Counted from the first letter of the stretch, positions 27,485 to 37,640 are shown. The stretch is DNA of 64,000 nucleotides from a virus (IMGVR_UViG_3300032320_001447:1-64000), one strand, 5' to 3'. The notes: generated from the sequence alone by a model not told the origin. Translations and numbers: made by a program.

Positions 27485-28249
27485 CTATATTCCGCTCCCG
27501 GGAAAAAAGAACTCAGCGGTCATCGGTACGTCGATTTCCATTTCAGTACCGTCAGACAATGTGACAGTGGTTTTCATTTCAATATCAGGAGTAACTGACG
27601 CCATAAATTGTCTTAATGGGTTTGAATCTCTTGACAATAAGGCTCCTGAATCGATGAAGTCTCTTACGGTTTTTGTTGATCTATCTCCATTAACAGAAGT
27701 AATCTGATGTTTTAGTCTTAAAGAAATGCCGGAATCTTGACCTAATGATTTTTTGATACCTTTTGCTTCTTCGTCAATCTTTTTATCGTCTTCTATTGTA
27801 AGAATTTTAAAAGTAACAAGGTTCTTTGTGAAAGGCAATTCGTAAGCGACTTCGTTGCTATTGTCAAATAAAGACAAATCCACCTGCTTGTATCCTAACT
27901 TTTGAAGGTCTGCAACAATTGTTTCGTCTTCGCCTGTATTAGGGTTGTTGTACTTTAAATTGTAGTCTTTACCGTAAGCTAATATTCTAGCTGATACTAA
28001 TAATGCGTTTCTGTCTCCTAGGGTTAGATCCTCGTACTTTATTGGAGTTTTAATAAGTGACTTAAGCATCTTCTCAATAGCTAAGCCCTGACGTAACAGG
28101 TTCACATTGGTTAGTATATCCTCTTCTTTAGCAGTCATGTATTTCATCTCTACGACTCCTGCTGACAAAGGGTTTTCTTTCGAGTAGACTTTACCTTTAG
28201 AAGGCAAGTCGATCATTTCGGTTGGCACCGTAAATTTTTGTTCTGACAT
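27485..28249 (-). CDS. Tail/baseplate assembly chaperone (T4 gp26-like)
   Basis: IDLPSKG, MKYMTAKEEDIL, GDRNALL..AR, ends EFFFP; between tube and tape measure. Confidence 0.75.
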   Translation of the reverse strand: MSEQKFTVPTEMIDLPSKGKVYSKENPLSAGVVEMKYMTAKEEDILTNVNLLRQGLAIEKMLKSLIKTPIKYEDLTLGDRNALLVSARILAYGKDYNLKYNNPNTGEDETIVADLQKLGYKQVDLSLFDNSNEVAYELPFTKNLVTFKILTIEDDKKIDEEAKGIKKSLGQDSGISLRLKHQITSVNGDRSTKTVRDFIDSGALLSRDSNPLRQFMASVTPDIEMKTTVTLSDGTEMEIDVPMTAEFFFPGSGI

Positions 28250-28297
28250 ATTGGTAACTTATTTATAAATAAATATAATTGATTCTGGTTTCCAGCA

Positions 28298-28328
28298 ACA
28301 AAAAAAGACCGCAGTGATGCGGCCTTTC
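28298..28328 (-). terminator. Rho-independent terminator after tail tube
   Basis: GGCCGCA/TGCGGTC stem followed by a T run on minus strand. Confidence 0.75.
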
Positions 28329-28350
28329 TTCTATATTCGTGAATGTAAGA

Positions 28351-28836
28351 TTAGTAGTTCAATACGCAATAATCCATTCCAACTGAGATTGTTAATTCTG
28401 TAGGATCTGTGGTAGACCAATCGTAATTACCGAAAGCTGCTTCTTTGATGAAAGCGCCTTTAATGATCCATTCTGAAACGATGTCTCCAACTGGTCCGAT
28501 AATAGATAAGTTTAAATCCTTCTTATAAAAGTCAGAATAACCATCTCTACCGGTTACCGATTCGTGATGTAAACGTACCCATTCCATTACGGCTTGTTGA
28601 CCTGATGGAGAAATTGGGTTATATAATGATAAAGTCATATCTCTCCATTCAGCCTTTCCTTTAATCTTACGATAAACATTGATATGATCTAATTTGATCT
28701 CGTTTAAAGTAACGCCTGGAGCGTCTGCTTTTTTAATCATATATGAAGGAATACCGTCTATGTACATTACAAATCTATTCGATACTGTAGGTTCGAAGGC
28801 GGTAAACATAATCTCGTTTGGATCCAACACTGGCAT
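28351..28836 (-). CDS. Tail tube protein (gp19-like)
   Basis: FEP..NRF, KGKAEW, GYSDFYKK, EWIIKGAF; follows sheath. Confidence 0.88.
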   Translation of the reverse strand: MPVLDPNEIMFTAFEPTVSNRFVMYIDGIPSYMIKKADAPGVTLNEIKLDHINVYRKIKGKAEWRDMTLSLYNPISPSGQQAVMEWVRLHHESVTGRDGYSDFYKKDLNLSIIGPVGDIVSEWIIKGAFIKEAAFGNYDWSTTDPTELTISVGMDYCVLNY

Positions 28837-28877
28837 AATATTCTAGTTTAATTGTGTAATAATAAATATTACTCTAC

Positions 28878-29315
28878 TTATTTTTTCTTCTCAGCCGCTT
28901 TTTTCATATCTGCAGCTTTTTTGTCAGCAACCTTCTTAGCTTCCGCTTCTTTCTTTTTCTTTTCGTCTGCTTTTTTCTTATCTTCAGCAGCTTTTTTAGG
29001 ATCTAGCTTCTTAGCTTCGTTCATAGCCTCTGCGCCTTTTCTAGCATATTTTGTTTGTAACCATTGCGAAATTTGACCAAGGTTTACACTAGTTTTTTTA
29101 AGCAAGTCTCTTTGTTGGGGATCCTTTTCTACGTTTATTTCTTGCATTATCATTTTAAGCGCTCTGTTAACAGCCTCGATTGTGTCTGCATCCATTCCTC
29201 TTCGGCTGTCCTCTTTTACAGGAGTTTCAGTTTCTTCTTTTACCATTAACTTGGCCTTTACACTCTCGTATAAATGAGCTGGTACTTTGATTTTAATAAT
29301 TGTATTATCGTTCAT
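28878..29315 (-). CDS. Charged low-complexity protein, possible internal virion protein
   Basis: K/E/A-rich tail; several hydrophobic-x-E motifs. Confidence 0.5.
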   Translation of the reverse strand: MNDNTIIKIKVPAHLYESVKAKLMVKEETETPVKEDSRRGMDADTIEAVNRALKMIMQEINVEKDPQQRDLLKKTSVNLGQISQWLQTKYARKGAEAMNEAKKLDPKKAAEDKKKADEKKKKEAEAKKVADKKAADMKKAAEKKK

Positions 29316-29333
29316 TTTCTATTGTGTTTGTTA

Positions 29334-31427
29334 TTATTGACCAAATGTTGCTCCTGTAGGCAAGATGTTGAAATCCAATTGAATAAATTCTGCGGTCTTA
29401 GTAGGTTGTAAATAGATAGTTCCAACTAATTGGTTTCTATCAACCACATCTGGAGTGTTATTTGTTTCATCCATTACCACTTGGAACGCATATAAGCCTT
29501 GTCTTTGTTGTACTGATTCTAAATATGGATTAACTTGATTAATAAATTTATTACGAGTTACTTGAGTGTTAGGCTCAAATACTAAAGTTTCTCCAATTTG
29601 ACCAATGTAACTCTTAAGAGCGATTAACAATCTTCTAACGTTAACTCTATCTAAAGCAGAAGGCTTCTTCTGTAAAGTCTTTTGACCGTAGATAACAGTA
29701 CCAACTCCAGGGAATGTAGCAATTGGGTTAACTGATCCTTGATATAATCTATCTCTATCGTTAGATGTTAATTTTCTTTCAGGTTGTAAAACTGTTGGCA
29801 AACCGCCTCTATTCAAACCTGCTGGCGCAAACCATTCAGCAGAAACTTTATCGCTATATTCGTAAGCGGCTGGTACAATTGTAGAAGCTGGTACGAAATT
29901 AACCTTTCCTGTCTCTCTAGATCTTAATTGAACCCAAGGCCAATAAGTTGCTGCGTAAGAGTTATCAAATGCAGTTGCTTGACCTAAAATTGTTGGAATA
30001 GACTGTCCGTAAGCTACCATATCAACCACTGCGATGCTATCGCCTCTTGTTTGAGCTGTATTAAGAAGGCTATTTATTTCAGAGCCTGCATTTACTGCAG
30101 TTAAACCTGGCGCATAAATAACGTTATAATCGTAAGCATCTTTATTACCTAATAATCCAATAGCGATATCGTAATCATTTGCGTATACGCCTTGAATATT
30201 AGAATTATTTGTAGAAATCGTAGAAAGAATACTAGGAATGTTTTCAAAGAAGTTAACAGGCTCTTTACCAAAAGATCCGAATATTGCGCCTGTAGCGGTT
30301 CCGAAAGATCCGTTGTAAGATCCAGATCCAACTATTGGAATAGAAGCAGTATATTGAGATTGAGGAACTCCAAATTGATTGAAATAACCAGGAGTAGGTG
30401 TATTTACAGTTTTTACTCTAATGTATCTACTTCTGTTAATATAAGAACCAGTTAATTGTAAGTAAGGATTACCCAAATCATCTGTAGCAACAGTTTGAGT
30501 TTGATCACCAATTACGTACGCAATATAGTTATTTTGATTTGGATCTAAAGATAAACCATTCCAAGTTTCTAAAATTGTTTTATTATTTTGGTAATCATCA
30601 CCTCTTCTAACAATTAAGTTAAATAAACCTGATCCTGTATCGTTAGAAGTGATTTCCCAGCGAATATTAGCAGAAGTTCCTGCTGGTAAAGCTCCGTTTA
30701 ATGGGTTAGCTGAACTAGAGTTATTGTTCATTATAGTGCCTACAGATAAACTCTCTAAAACTAAAGCCGCTTGGTTAGAACCGCCTGTAAAATAAGTGGT
30801 ACTACCTATTGCAGTTGCATAGTAACTATTTTTGTTTTCGCCTGTTATAGTTGTTTGTAAACTCAATTGAGTCGCGTTGCAACTAGCACTTATACCTAAG
30901 GCAAGTGAAGAACTATTAATAGAGCCAGTTAACGAATTAAGAGTTAATGCTAACGTAGATCCGGAAGTGTAATACTTTGTTGTAGCTGTATTTGTGAACG
31001 TTGATCCTGTAGCTACGAAAGAAAGTGTAGAAGCTCCTGAAATTACTATAACACTACTAGTTATAGCATTTGTAAGAGTTAGGTCTACGCTTGCTGTAGT
31101 TAATCCTATTCCATTTATTATAGAAGCTGTTGCAGCTGTATAAGATCCTGAAGCTACTCTTGTAACTAACAATGATTCTCCGCCTTGCTCAAAATAGTTC
31201 AAAGCAGCCATGCTAGTTAAGTACTCGTAAGAAGCGCCTCCAGAAACGAAGGCTGCTCCAAATACTGATTTGTACTGAGAATATGTAGTAACTAAAGTAG
31301 GTATGTTTACTGGGCCCGTTACAGTTGGACCCAATAAAGCTGCACCTGCTGCAACTGGTCCCTGTGTTATTTGAGATAAGTCGTTCTCTTGTAAGAATAC
31401 TCCTGGGCTAATTAGTGTTTCGGCCAT
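29334..31427 (-). CDS. Tail sheath protein (gp18-like)
   Basis: SPGV...END, YWPW, WFAPAGLNRG, GQKTLQ, DRVNVRRL, FEPN, PTKTAEFI. Confidence 0.95.
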   Translation of the reverse strand: MAETLISPGVFLQENDLSQITQGPVAAGAALLGPTVTGPVNIPTLVTTYSQYKSVFGAAFVSGGASYEYLTSMAALNYFEQGGESLLVTRVASGSYTAATASIINGIGLTTASVDLTLTNAITSSVIVISGASTLSFVATGSTFTNTATTKYYTSGSTLALTLNSLTGSINSSSLALGISASCNATQLSLQTTITGENKNSYYATAIGSTTYFTGGSNQAALVLESLSVGTIMNNNSSSANPLNGALPAGTSANIRWEITSNDTGSGLFNLIVRRGDDYQNNKTILETWNGLSLDPNQNNYIAYVIGDQTQTVATDDLGNPYLQLTGSYINRSRYIRVKTVNTPTPGYFNQFGVPQSQYTASIPIVGSGSYNGSFGTATGAIFGSFGKEPVNFFENIPSILSTISTNNSNIQGVYANDYDIAIGLLGNKDAYDYNVIYAPGLTAVNAGSEINSLLNTAQTRGDSIAVVDMVAYGQSIPTILGQATAFDNSYAATYWPWVQLRSRETGKVNFVPASTIVPAAYEYSDKVSAEWFAPAGLNRGGLPTVLQPERKLTSNDRDRLYQGSVNPIATFPGVGTVIYGQKTLQKKPSALDRVNVRRLLIALKSYIGQIGETLVFEPNTQVTRNKFINQVNPYLESVQQRQGLYAFQVVMDETNNTPDVVDRNQLVGTIYLQPTKTAEFIQLDFNILPTGATFGQ

Positions 31428-31477
31428 TTATGTCGTTTTTTTCTAGTAATAAATATCAATACTTAGTTCAAAACACT

Positions 31478-31714
31478 TTAGTTAAATTCCCCTGTCTCTA
31501 TATTTATGGAAACATTTCCGTATTTGGATCTAAGTTCTTCAAATATTTGAGACTCTTGAGTTTTTATTTGTTGTATTTTTTTCTTCTGCTCTTCCATCTC
31601 TATTTCTAAAGATATCTTTTGATAGCTTAATTCTCCAAGAAGAGATGCAACTTCCAGAGCGTCTTGTTTTACAAAGTTTAATTTTTGTAATTCGTCATCT
31701 GTTATTTTTGCCAT
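31478..31714 (-). CDS. Small coiled-coil protein
   Basis: Start moved to MAKITDD, downstream of ATATTTAT 31728-31735; ends KYGNVSINIETGEF. Confidence 0.7.
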   Translation of the reverse strand: MAKITDDELQKLNFVKQDALEVASLLGELSYQKISLEIEMEEQKKKIQQIKTQESQIFEELRSKYGNVSINIETGEFN

Positions 31715-31740
31715 AACTGTATTTGCTATAAATATGTAAG

Positions 31741-31768
31741 AAAAACGGCCCACTTTTTGGGTGAGCCA
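31741..31768 (-). terminator. Rho-independent terminator
   Basis: GGCTCAC/GTGGGCC stem followed by GTTTTT on minus strand. Confidence 0.7.
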
Positions 31769-31789
31769 TTCTCTTGGTATGAATATTCG

Positions 31790-32251
31790 TTATTCTTCTA
31801 TTTTGATAAGTTTAAAGAAAGTCGTATAAGCACCTTCTGAGGACACTTCTTCGAACTCTTCTAACTTGAACTCTTTGTGTTCTAATTCTCTTTCTTCGCT
31901 TAATAAGGCGTTGAATTCTTTTTGAAACTCTGCGAAAGTAGGATTGTTTTCTGCAGATACAATTTTGCCTTCTTCGTCCTTTACGATGTTAATGTACATT
32001 GGAATTGTAACATTTCCTTCTTCGTCAGGAGTTCCGTGTTTTTTGATTAACTCGGTTTTAATAGCTTCACAGGCATCTTTCTCTGTGGCTACTTTTTTGG
32101 TAAGATCGTTTATCCAATACTTTGTTGTTAACTTGATCTTTTCTGAAAGTAAACCTTTGGAAATCGATTCTCCAGTTTGCTGATTCGTAACTCCGTTAAG
32201 TTCTGCTTCTAGGTTATAAAACTCGTAAAGCTTTAACGCTGTTTTTTGCAT
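31790..32251 (-). CDS. Hypothetical protein
   Basis: 153 aa helical ORF followed by a terminator. Confidence 0.7.
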   Translation of the reverse strand: MQKTALKLYEFYNLEAELNGVTNQQTGESISKGLLSEKIKLTTKYWINDLTKKVATEKDACEAIKTELIKKHGTPDEEGNVTIPMYINIVKDEEGKIVSAENNPTFAEFQKEFNALLSEERELEHKEFKLEEFEEVSSEGAYTTFFKLIKIEE

Positions 32252-32254
32252 ATA

Positions 32255-32677
32255 CTATTTAGATTTTTTTGTTGCTGACTTCTTAGGCGCCGCTTTAGTC
32301 ACAGACTTCTTAGTTGTTACTTGCTTAGAAGCCTTTTTAGCCTCATCCATTTCTTCGGCTTCGTCCATTTCCTCAACCTCGTCAAGTTCTTCAGCGGCTT
32401 TTTCTACCACTTCTTTAACCTCTTCTATTGCAGGAGCTACAGCTTCTTCAACTTGATTTACTAATTTAGTTGTTACTTGCTTAGAAGCCTCTTTAGCCTG
32501 TTTTATTACTTCATTCGTAGGAGCTACTTCAGCGGCTTTTTCTACCACTTCTTTAACCTCTTCTATTGCAGGAGCTACAGCTTCTTCAACTTGATTTACT
32601 AATTTAGTTAATTTTGCTTTGTTTAATAGAATAGCAACTGCTACTGCTACTAATACGATAATGATTCCGAATAACAT
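32255..32677 (-). CDS. Membrane-anchored low-complexity protein with internal duplication
   Basis: N-terminal TM helix; duplicated 46-aa-period unit; basic tail. Confidence 0.65.
   Translation of the reverse strand: MLFGIIIVLVAVAVAILLNKAKLTKLVNQVEEAVAPAIEEVKEVVEKAAEVAPTNEVIKQAKEASKQVTTKLVNQVEEAVAPAIEEVKEVVEKAAEELDEVEEMDEAEEMDEAKKASKQVTTKKSVTKAAPKKSATKKSK
32389..32609. repeat. 83-bp exact direct repeat, period 138 bp
   Basis: 32389-32471 is identical to 32527-32609. Confidence 0.85.
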
Positions 32678-32781
32678 AAGTTTTTAATTTTTGTTTGTTG
32701 TATATAAATATATAAGAATTTATTAAAAAATGTTTTAAGTGTTACAAAATTTAGCGTTGATTAACTATGCATAACTATGTT

Positions 32782-34731
32782 TTATGGACATGATCCATCA
32801 AACATTGAAATTGTTACTGTACCTGCATCGCTTACAACTTGTCCAGAAAATGTTCTACTTGTTGATGTTGCACTTATACAAGTTACATTAGATGCAGTAT
32901 CAATAACTTCAACGGAGTCATTACTTATATTTGTGTAAGATACAACAATTGTTCTAGATGCACCAGTTTGCGTAGTTGTAGCAGACGCTCCATCACCAGC
33001 AACTATTGGGAATACCGCGCCATCAACTTGTACTCCATTAACAGTTATGTTTGTTATTGATGTACCGGCTGTATTATTAGCAATATCTACGAATGCATAT
33101 CCTAACGCAGCACTAGGTGTAGGTGTTGGCGTTAAACTAGGAGTTCTAGTCGGTGTTAAACTAGGCGTTGGTGCTGGCGTTGAACTAGGAGTTCTAGAAA
33201 CGCTTGGAGTAACCGTTGGTGTTCTACTTGGTGTAGGCGAAGGCGCTATACAAGATACCACGACGGCCGTTGATACTCCTTTATTACCGGCTGTATCCAT
33301 TATAGCTACGTAATATGTGTCATTTATTAATCCTGTAAAATTATACTCTGTGGCTCCACCTATAAATGTTCTTGTTGCTGAATTATCTAATCTAGATAGC
33401 GCATCTGCTGCAGATATTGCGCTGATTGTTATATAATCAAAGCTGTTTGTACCACCTCCAAATGCATTAGCGTATATTCTGCCATTTCCATTATAAACAG
33501 GTTCATCACAAAATGCAGTTACTGATAATGTTATTGGTATTATTGATGTAGATGGAGTAACTGAAGGAGTTACGCTAGGAGTTCTAGTCGGTGTTACAGA
33601 AGGTGTTCTAGAAACGCTTGGTGTTACACTCGGTGTTAAGCTAGGAGTTCTAGAAACGCTTGGTGTTACACTCGGTGTTAGACTTGGTAATATAGGAGGT
33701 TGACAAGTACATCCTCCTCCTGTTAAATAACCTGTACCGCCATCAAAAGAAACCGGTAAAGTATTAACATTACATACGCAGAGCAAAGTTCCTGTTGGAA
33801 AATATTCGTTTCTATCTATAGCATTACAATCTTTCCAAAAGAATGTACCAGAATTAGATACATAATACTCTCTACTTGTACACACTATACTCGTGCTCGG
33901 AGTTACAGACGGCGTTAAACTAGGAGTTCTAGAAATACTAGGTGTTACACTAGCTGTTATGCTTGGTGTTACAGAAGGCGTTATAGAAACGCTTGCTGTT
34001 ATGCTTGGTGTTACAGAAGGAGTTAAACTAGGAGTTCTAGAAACGCTTGCTGTTATGCTCGGTGTTACAGAAGGAGTTATAGAAACGCTTGGCGTTACAC
34101 TAGCTGTTATGCTTGGTGTTACAGAAGGCGTTATAGAAATACTAGCTGTTATGCTCGGTGTTATGCTAGGAGTTCTAGAAATACTAGGTGTTACACTAGC
34201 TGTTATGCTTGGCGTTACAGAAGGCGTTATAGAAATACTAGCTGTTATGCTTGGTGTTATGCTTGGTGTTACAGAAGGCGTTATAGAAATACTAGGCGTT
34301 ACACTAGCCGTTATGCTTGGTGTTATGCTAGGAGTTATAGATATCGATGGAGTTCTACTAATACTAGGCGTAATAGATATCGATGGAGTAATGCTAATAG
34401 AAGGCGTTACACTTGGTGTTATAGATATCGATGGAGTAATGCTAATAGAAGGCGTTACACTTGGTGTTATAGATATCGATGGAGTTCTACTAATACTAGG
34501 AGTTATAGAAACACTTGGTGTTATACTAGGCGTTGTGCTAGCTGTTACGCTAGGAGTTATAGAAGGCGTTATAGAAACACTTGGCGTAACTGATGGAGTG
34601 CCGCTAACGCTTGGTGTAACTGATGGAGTAACGTTAAAAATTGGTACAAGAATATCGAACCTTCCGTTTCCGCTTAGATTAGAGAATCGCATTCCTCCAG
34701 TCCCGGTTCTATTTTGAAATTCTATTGGCAT
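32782..34731 (-). CDS. Mucin-like Thr/Pro/Ser repeat protein with Cys-containing and beta-sandwich-like domains
   Basis: ~245 aa of (S/A)-x-TPS repeats, then two more TP tracts separating globular domains. Confidence 0.75.
   Translation of the reverse strand: MPIEFQNRTGTGGMRFSNLSGNGRFDILVPIFNVTPSVTPSVSGTPSVTPSVSITPSITPSVTASTTPSITPSVSITPSISRTPSISITPSVTPSISITPSISITPSVTPSISITPSISITPSISRTPSISITPSITPSITASVTPSISITPSVTPSITPSITASISITPSVTPSITASVTPSISRTPSITPSITASISITPSVTPSITASVTPSVSITPSVTPSITASVSRTPSLTPSVTPSITASVSITPSVTPSITASVTPSISRTPSLTPSVTPSTSIVCTSREYYVSNSGTFFWKDCNAIDRNEYFPTGTLLCVCNVNTLPVSFDGGTGYLTGGGCTCQPPILPSLTPSVTPSVSRTPSLTPSVTPSVSRTPSVTPTRTPSVTPSVTPSTSIIPITLSVTAFCDEPVYNGNGRIYANAFGGGTNSFDYITISAISAADALSRLDNSATRTFIGGATEYNFTGLINDTYYVAIMDTAGNKGVSTAVVVSCIAPSPTPSRTPTVTPSVSRTPSSTPAPTPSLTPTRTPSLTPTPTPSAALGYAFVDIANNTAGTSITNITVNGVQVDGAVFPIVAGDGASATTTQTGASRTIVVSYTNISNDSVEVIDTASNVTCISATSTSRTFSGQVVSDAGTVTISMFDGSCP
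33893..34632. repeat. Degenerate 12/18-nt coding tandem repeats (TPSV/TPSI units)
   Basis: Recurrent ggtgttacagaaggcgttatagaa and gctgttatgcttggtgtt units. Confidence 0.85.
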
Positions 34732-34848
34732 TTATGTATTTTTAAACCAATCTAAATATAAATATTATTTTGATTCTAACGTTTTTATTCTTGTGGTGGA
34801 GTCTTATAATTTTACTAATCTAATTAATTTTTTAATCTTACTTTAGTA

Positions 34849-35193
34849 CTACGCATTTAACCAAGGAGAAGTTAGAGTAACCGAAGGCGGATTGATTTGA
34901 TTTGCAATTTGATTTGCCAACCTTGTTTTCATACTGTTTACTTGCTGCTCTCCCATTGCGTTTTCCACCCAGCCTTGAACCGTTTCTAGAGTTAATTCGT
35001 TGAAAGGAATAAAAGTTGACCCAGATTGGTAAGTTAAACCTTTGGTTCCGTATGATTGCGCTGCGTAAGTAGTTTCGTTTACTTGCTCTGTAGCGTGTAA
35101 TTGCCAGTGAGCTGTGAATACTACGTCATTTTCTCCTGAAGCAGTTGGATAGGCTTCTAGTGGGTTGATTGTCCAAAAATAATTTACTGCCAT
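34849..35193 (-). CDS. Putative fibre-associated/assembly protein
   Basis: FIPFNELTLETVQGWV motif; directly after the S74 fibre. Confidence 0.55.
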   Translation of the reverse strand: MAVNYFWTINPLEAYPTASGENDVVFTAHWQLHATEQVNETTYAAQSYGTKGLTYQSGSTFIPFNELTLETVQGWVENAMGEQQVNSMKTRLANQIANQINPPSVTLTSPWLNA

Positions 35194-35205
35194 TATTTTG
35201 TTTTT

Positions 35206-37584
35206 TTATTTGTTCTTAAGTTCGTCTAATTCTGCTTTAAGTTCTTGTACTGCTTTTACTAAAGATGCTACTATTGCATTATAATTTAAACCTATAAATG
35301 TATCTTTGCCTTCTCCACTTTGAACATACGCTTGTGGGATATGTTCTTTTACCTCTTGTGCAATAAATCCTAATTCTTTATTATCTTTTGTATCATCTGT
35401 TTTTATTCGGTATAAAGTAGGTTTTAGTTGCAAAATTTCATTTAGTCCAATTGTAGAAGGTTCAAAATCTTTCTTTTTATTAATATCCGATAATGCAGTA
35501 TAAGTACCTGTTGACATATTAATTTGTGCGATATTTCCACCAAAGTAAAAATATGTAAGCCCACCAGTACCATACATTGTATATCTATCACCATTACTTC
35601 TAGAAGCGTAACTATAACCAGCTACACTACCAGTTGAAAGTAATTCTCCATTAATTTGTAATTTATCTCCAGTATTGGTGCCAGTACCTATTAATACATT
35701 ACCCCCACTTGTAATACGCATTCTTTCGGTATTGTTAGTACCAAGTGTTAAAGCATGATTTGAAAAAGTAAATAATGCAGTTAATAAGTCAGCTTCATTA
35801 GACGCAAGGAAAGATTTTACAGTTGTAGTATTACAATGATAAAAACTATACCCCCCGCCTGCATCATTTAATTCAAAATGCCTACCAGCTAAACTATATG
35901 TTGTAGGACTAGTCGTTCCAATTCCAACATTTCCAGCGCCTGTAATACGCATTCTTTCTGTAGGCGCAGTATTAGCAGCATTCGCTGTATGTAATGTTAT
36001 ATAAGAAGTTCCTGTATCTGAGTTCAATAATATAGCTGATCCTGCATAAGAAGTATTGGTTAAACCACTCCACGTAAAAGATCCATTAGACGTATTTTCT
36101 ATATTGTGTGACCATGAAGCGCCGGCAGTTGTACCGGCAGTTTGAACATCACTTAAGAAAACCGGAACCGTAGTACGTTGTATTTTTAAAGATAAAGGAT
36201 TAGTACCATCGTATAAATGTAATCTAGTATCAGGAGCTGTAGTTCCAATTCCAACTCTACCAGCATTTGTAAGAGTCATCACAGTGGTGTTAGTATTGTA
36301 ATTACTAGCAGCACTATTATCTCTTAATGCAATATCTAATCTAGTATAAGATTCATAAGCGCCACCCGCATTTTGATATCTACCTAGTTTTAATGAAGCA
36401 GCTTGTTGGAAAGATACTCCACCACTTAAAGCTCTACCTATTATTAATATATCTTCTGTGCCTGTTGTTCCTATAGCAGAGCTACCTTCAACATGTAATT
36501 TTTGTACAGCGCTAGTCGTTCCAATTCCAACATTGCCAGTAAAAGAAGAAGTTGTATTAGCTCCAGACTGAATGATGGATCCGGTTATTCTTAAACTACC
36601 GGTTACGCTATGGTTATCCGTTAAAAGATTTCCGATAACTACTCCATTGCTAGTTACTTGAAATTCTGTTCCAGTAGTGCTTACGGTCAAACTTCCTGTG
36701 ATGTTAACCGAACCAGTAAAATCATGGGTATTCGTTAACAGGCTACCGAATCTAGTACTACCCGTAACGAAACTAACAGAGCTAGTGATCGTTTGTACCA
36801 CTAGCGTTTGAGCGGTTATAGCGCCCGTAGTTAAAATAGCAGAGGCAGAAATTGGACTAGCAGAGCTCAAAGATCCGGTTAAAGAGAGACCGTTTGTTAT
36901 TCTAACCGATCCAGATACGTCTAGCGTAGTCACCGGAGCTTCTGTTCCTATTCCAACTCTAGATTGAGATACGAATAGAGCTCTCTGTCCGAACTGACCG
37001 ATTCTCACCGTGTTATCTGAGAACGCTTCTATTATTGGAAGACCTGCTGCAGTATTAACCGAGAATAGAGATCCGGACAAAGAATCGTCTACTTCGAATA
37101 GTCTACCTACAGTTCCATCAACAGAGAATACACTAGAGCCGGATCCCAGTATTTGTAAAGCGTAAGATGAGGCCGAAATATTTGTAGAACCAGAAACTCT
37201 AAAGGACCCAGTAATTGAAGCAGAGCCAGTGAAAGGAAATCCAGCTCCTGATCCTCCACCACCTCCCAATAGAAAAGAAGCGGTTAAAGCTTGAGATGCA
37301 GTTCCAAATAAGGAGCCAGTAAAAGACCCTGTGAAAGATCCAGTAACTGATGCTACTGACCCGGATACTTTAATGGCTTCAAATCCGTACCTTCCTATTC
37401 TTATTGTATTGTCGGAAAAAGCTTCCATTACAGGAATACCCGAAATATCGCTCACTGCAAATAAAGAACCAGAAAGTTGATCGGTTACAGAGAACAATTG
37501 GCCTTGTGAGCCTTGTATGTCTAGTATTACGGACCCAGATCCGTTTACTACGAGTCCTTTACGGACTTTAAATTCGTTTGCCAT
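35206..37584 (-). CDS. Fibre protein with C-terminal peptidase S74 intramolecular chaperone
   Basis: GNVGIGTTSP and ERMRI repeats; SDINKK...GFIAQEV...YNAIVASLVKAVQEL. Confidence 0.85.
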   Translation of the reverse strand: MANEFKVRKGLVVNGSGSVILDIQGSQGQLFSVTDQLSGSLFAVSDISGIPVMEAFSDNTIRIGRYGFEAIKVSGSVASVTGSFTGSFTGSLFGTASQALTASFLLGGGGGSGAGFPFTGSASITGSFRVSGSTNISASSYALQILGSGSSVFSVDGTVGRLFEVDDSLSGSLFSVNTAAGLPIIEAFSDNTVRIGQFGQRALFVSQSRVGIGTEAPVTTLDVSGSVRITNGLSLTGSLSSASPISASAILTTGAITAQTLVVQTITSSVSFVTGSTRFGSLLTNTHDFTGSVNITGSLTVSTTGTEFQVTSNGVVIGNLLTDNHSVTGSLRITGSIIQSGANTTSSFTGNVGIGTTSAVQKLHVEGSSAIGTTGTEDILIIGRALSGGVSFQQAASLKLGRYQNAGGAYESYTRLDIALRDNSAASNYNTNTTVMTLTNAGRVGIGTTAPDTRLHLYDGTNPLSLKIQRTTVPVFLSDVQTAGTTAGASWSHNIENTSNGSFTWSGLTNTSYAGSAILLNSDTGTSYITLHTANAANTAPTERMRITGAGNVGIGTTSPTTYSLAGRHFELNDAGGGYSFYHCNTTTVKSFLASNEADLLTALFTFSNHALTLGTNNTERMRITSGGNVLIGTGTNTGDKLQINGELLSTGSVAGYSYASRSNGDRYTMYGTGGLTYFYFGGNIAQINMSTGTYTALSDINKKKDFEPSTIGLNEILQLKPTLYRIKTDDTKDNKELGFIAQEVKEHIPQAYVQSGEGKDTFIGLNYNAIVASLVKAVQELKAELDELKNK

Positions 37585-37592
37585 TAGTTTAT

Positions 37593-37614
37593 CCTTTTTT
37601 CATTTTCCAAAAGG
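37593..37614 (-). promoter_or_regulatory. Leader hairpin CCTTTT-GGAAAATGAA-AAAAGG
   Basis: Stem ends 8 nt before ATG of MANEF gene; related element at 45336-45360. Confidence 0.6.
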
Positions 37615-37640
37615 TCATTTATAAATATCAAAAAGATTGG

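Noticed and set aside
33893-34632. CRISPR-like repeat array
   Set aside because: Repeats are degenerate, in-frame coding units with no unique spacers
33893-34717. 274-aa plus-strand ORF and other plus-strand ORFs in the track
   Set aside because: Antisense shadows of low-complexity minus-strand genes; no start context or recognisable motifs
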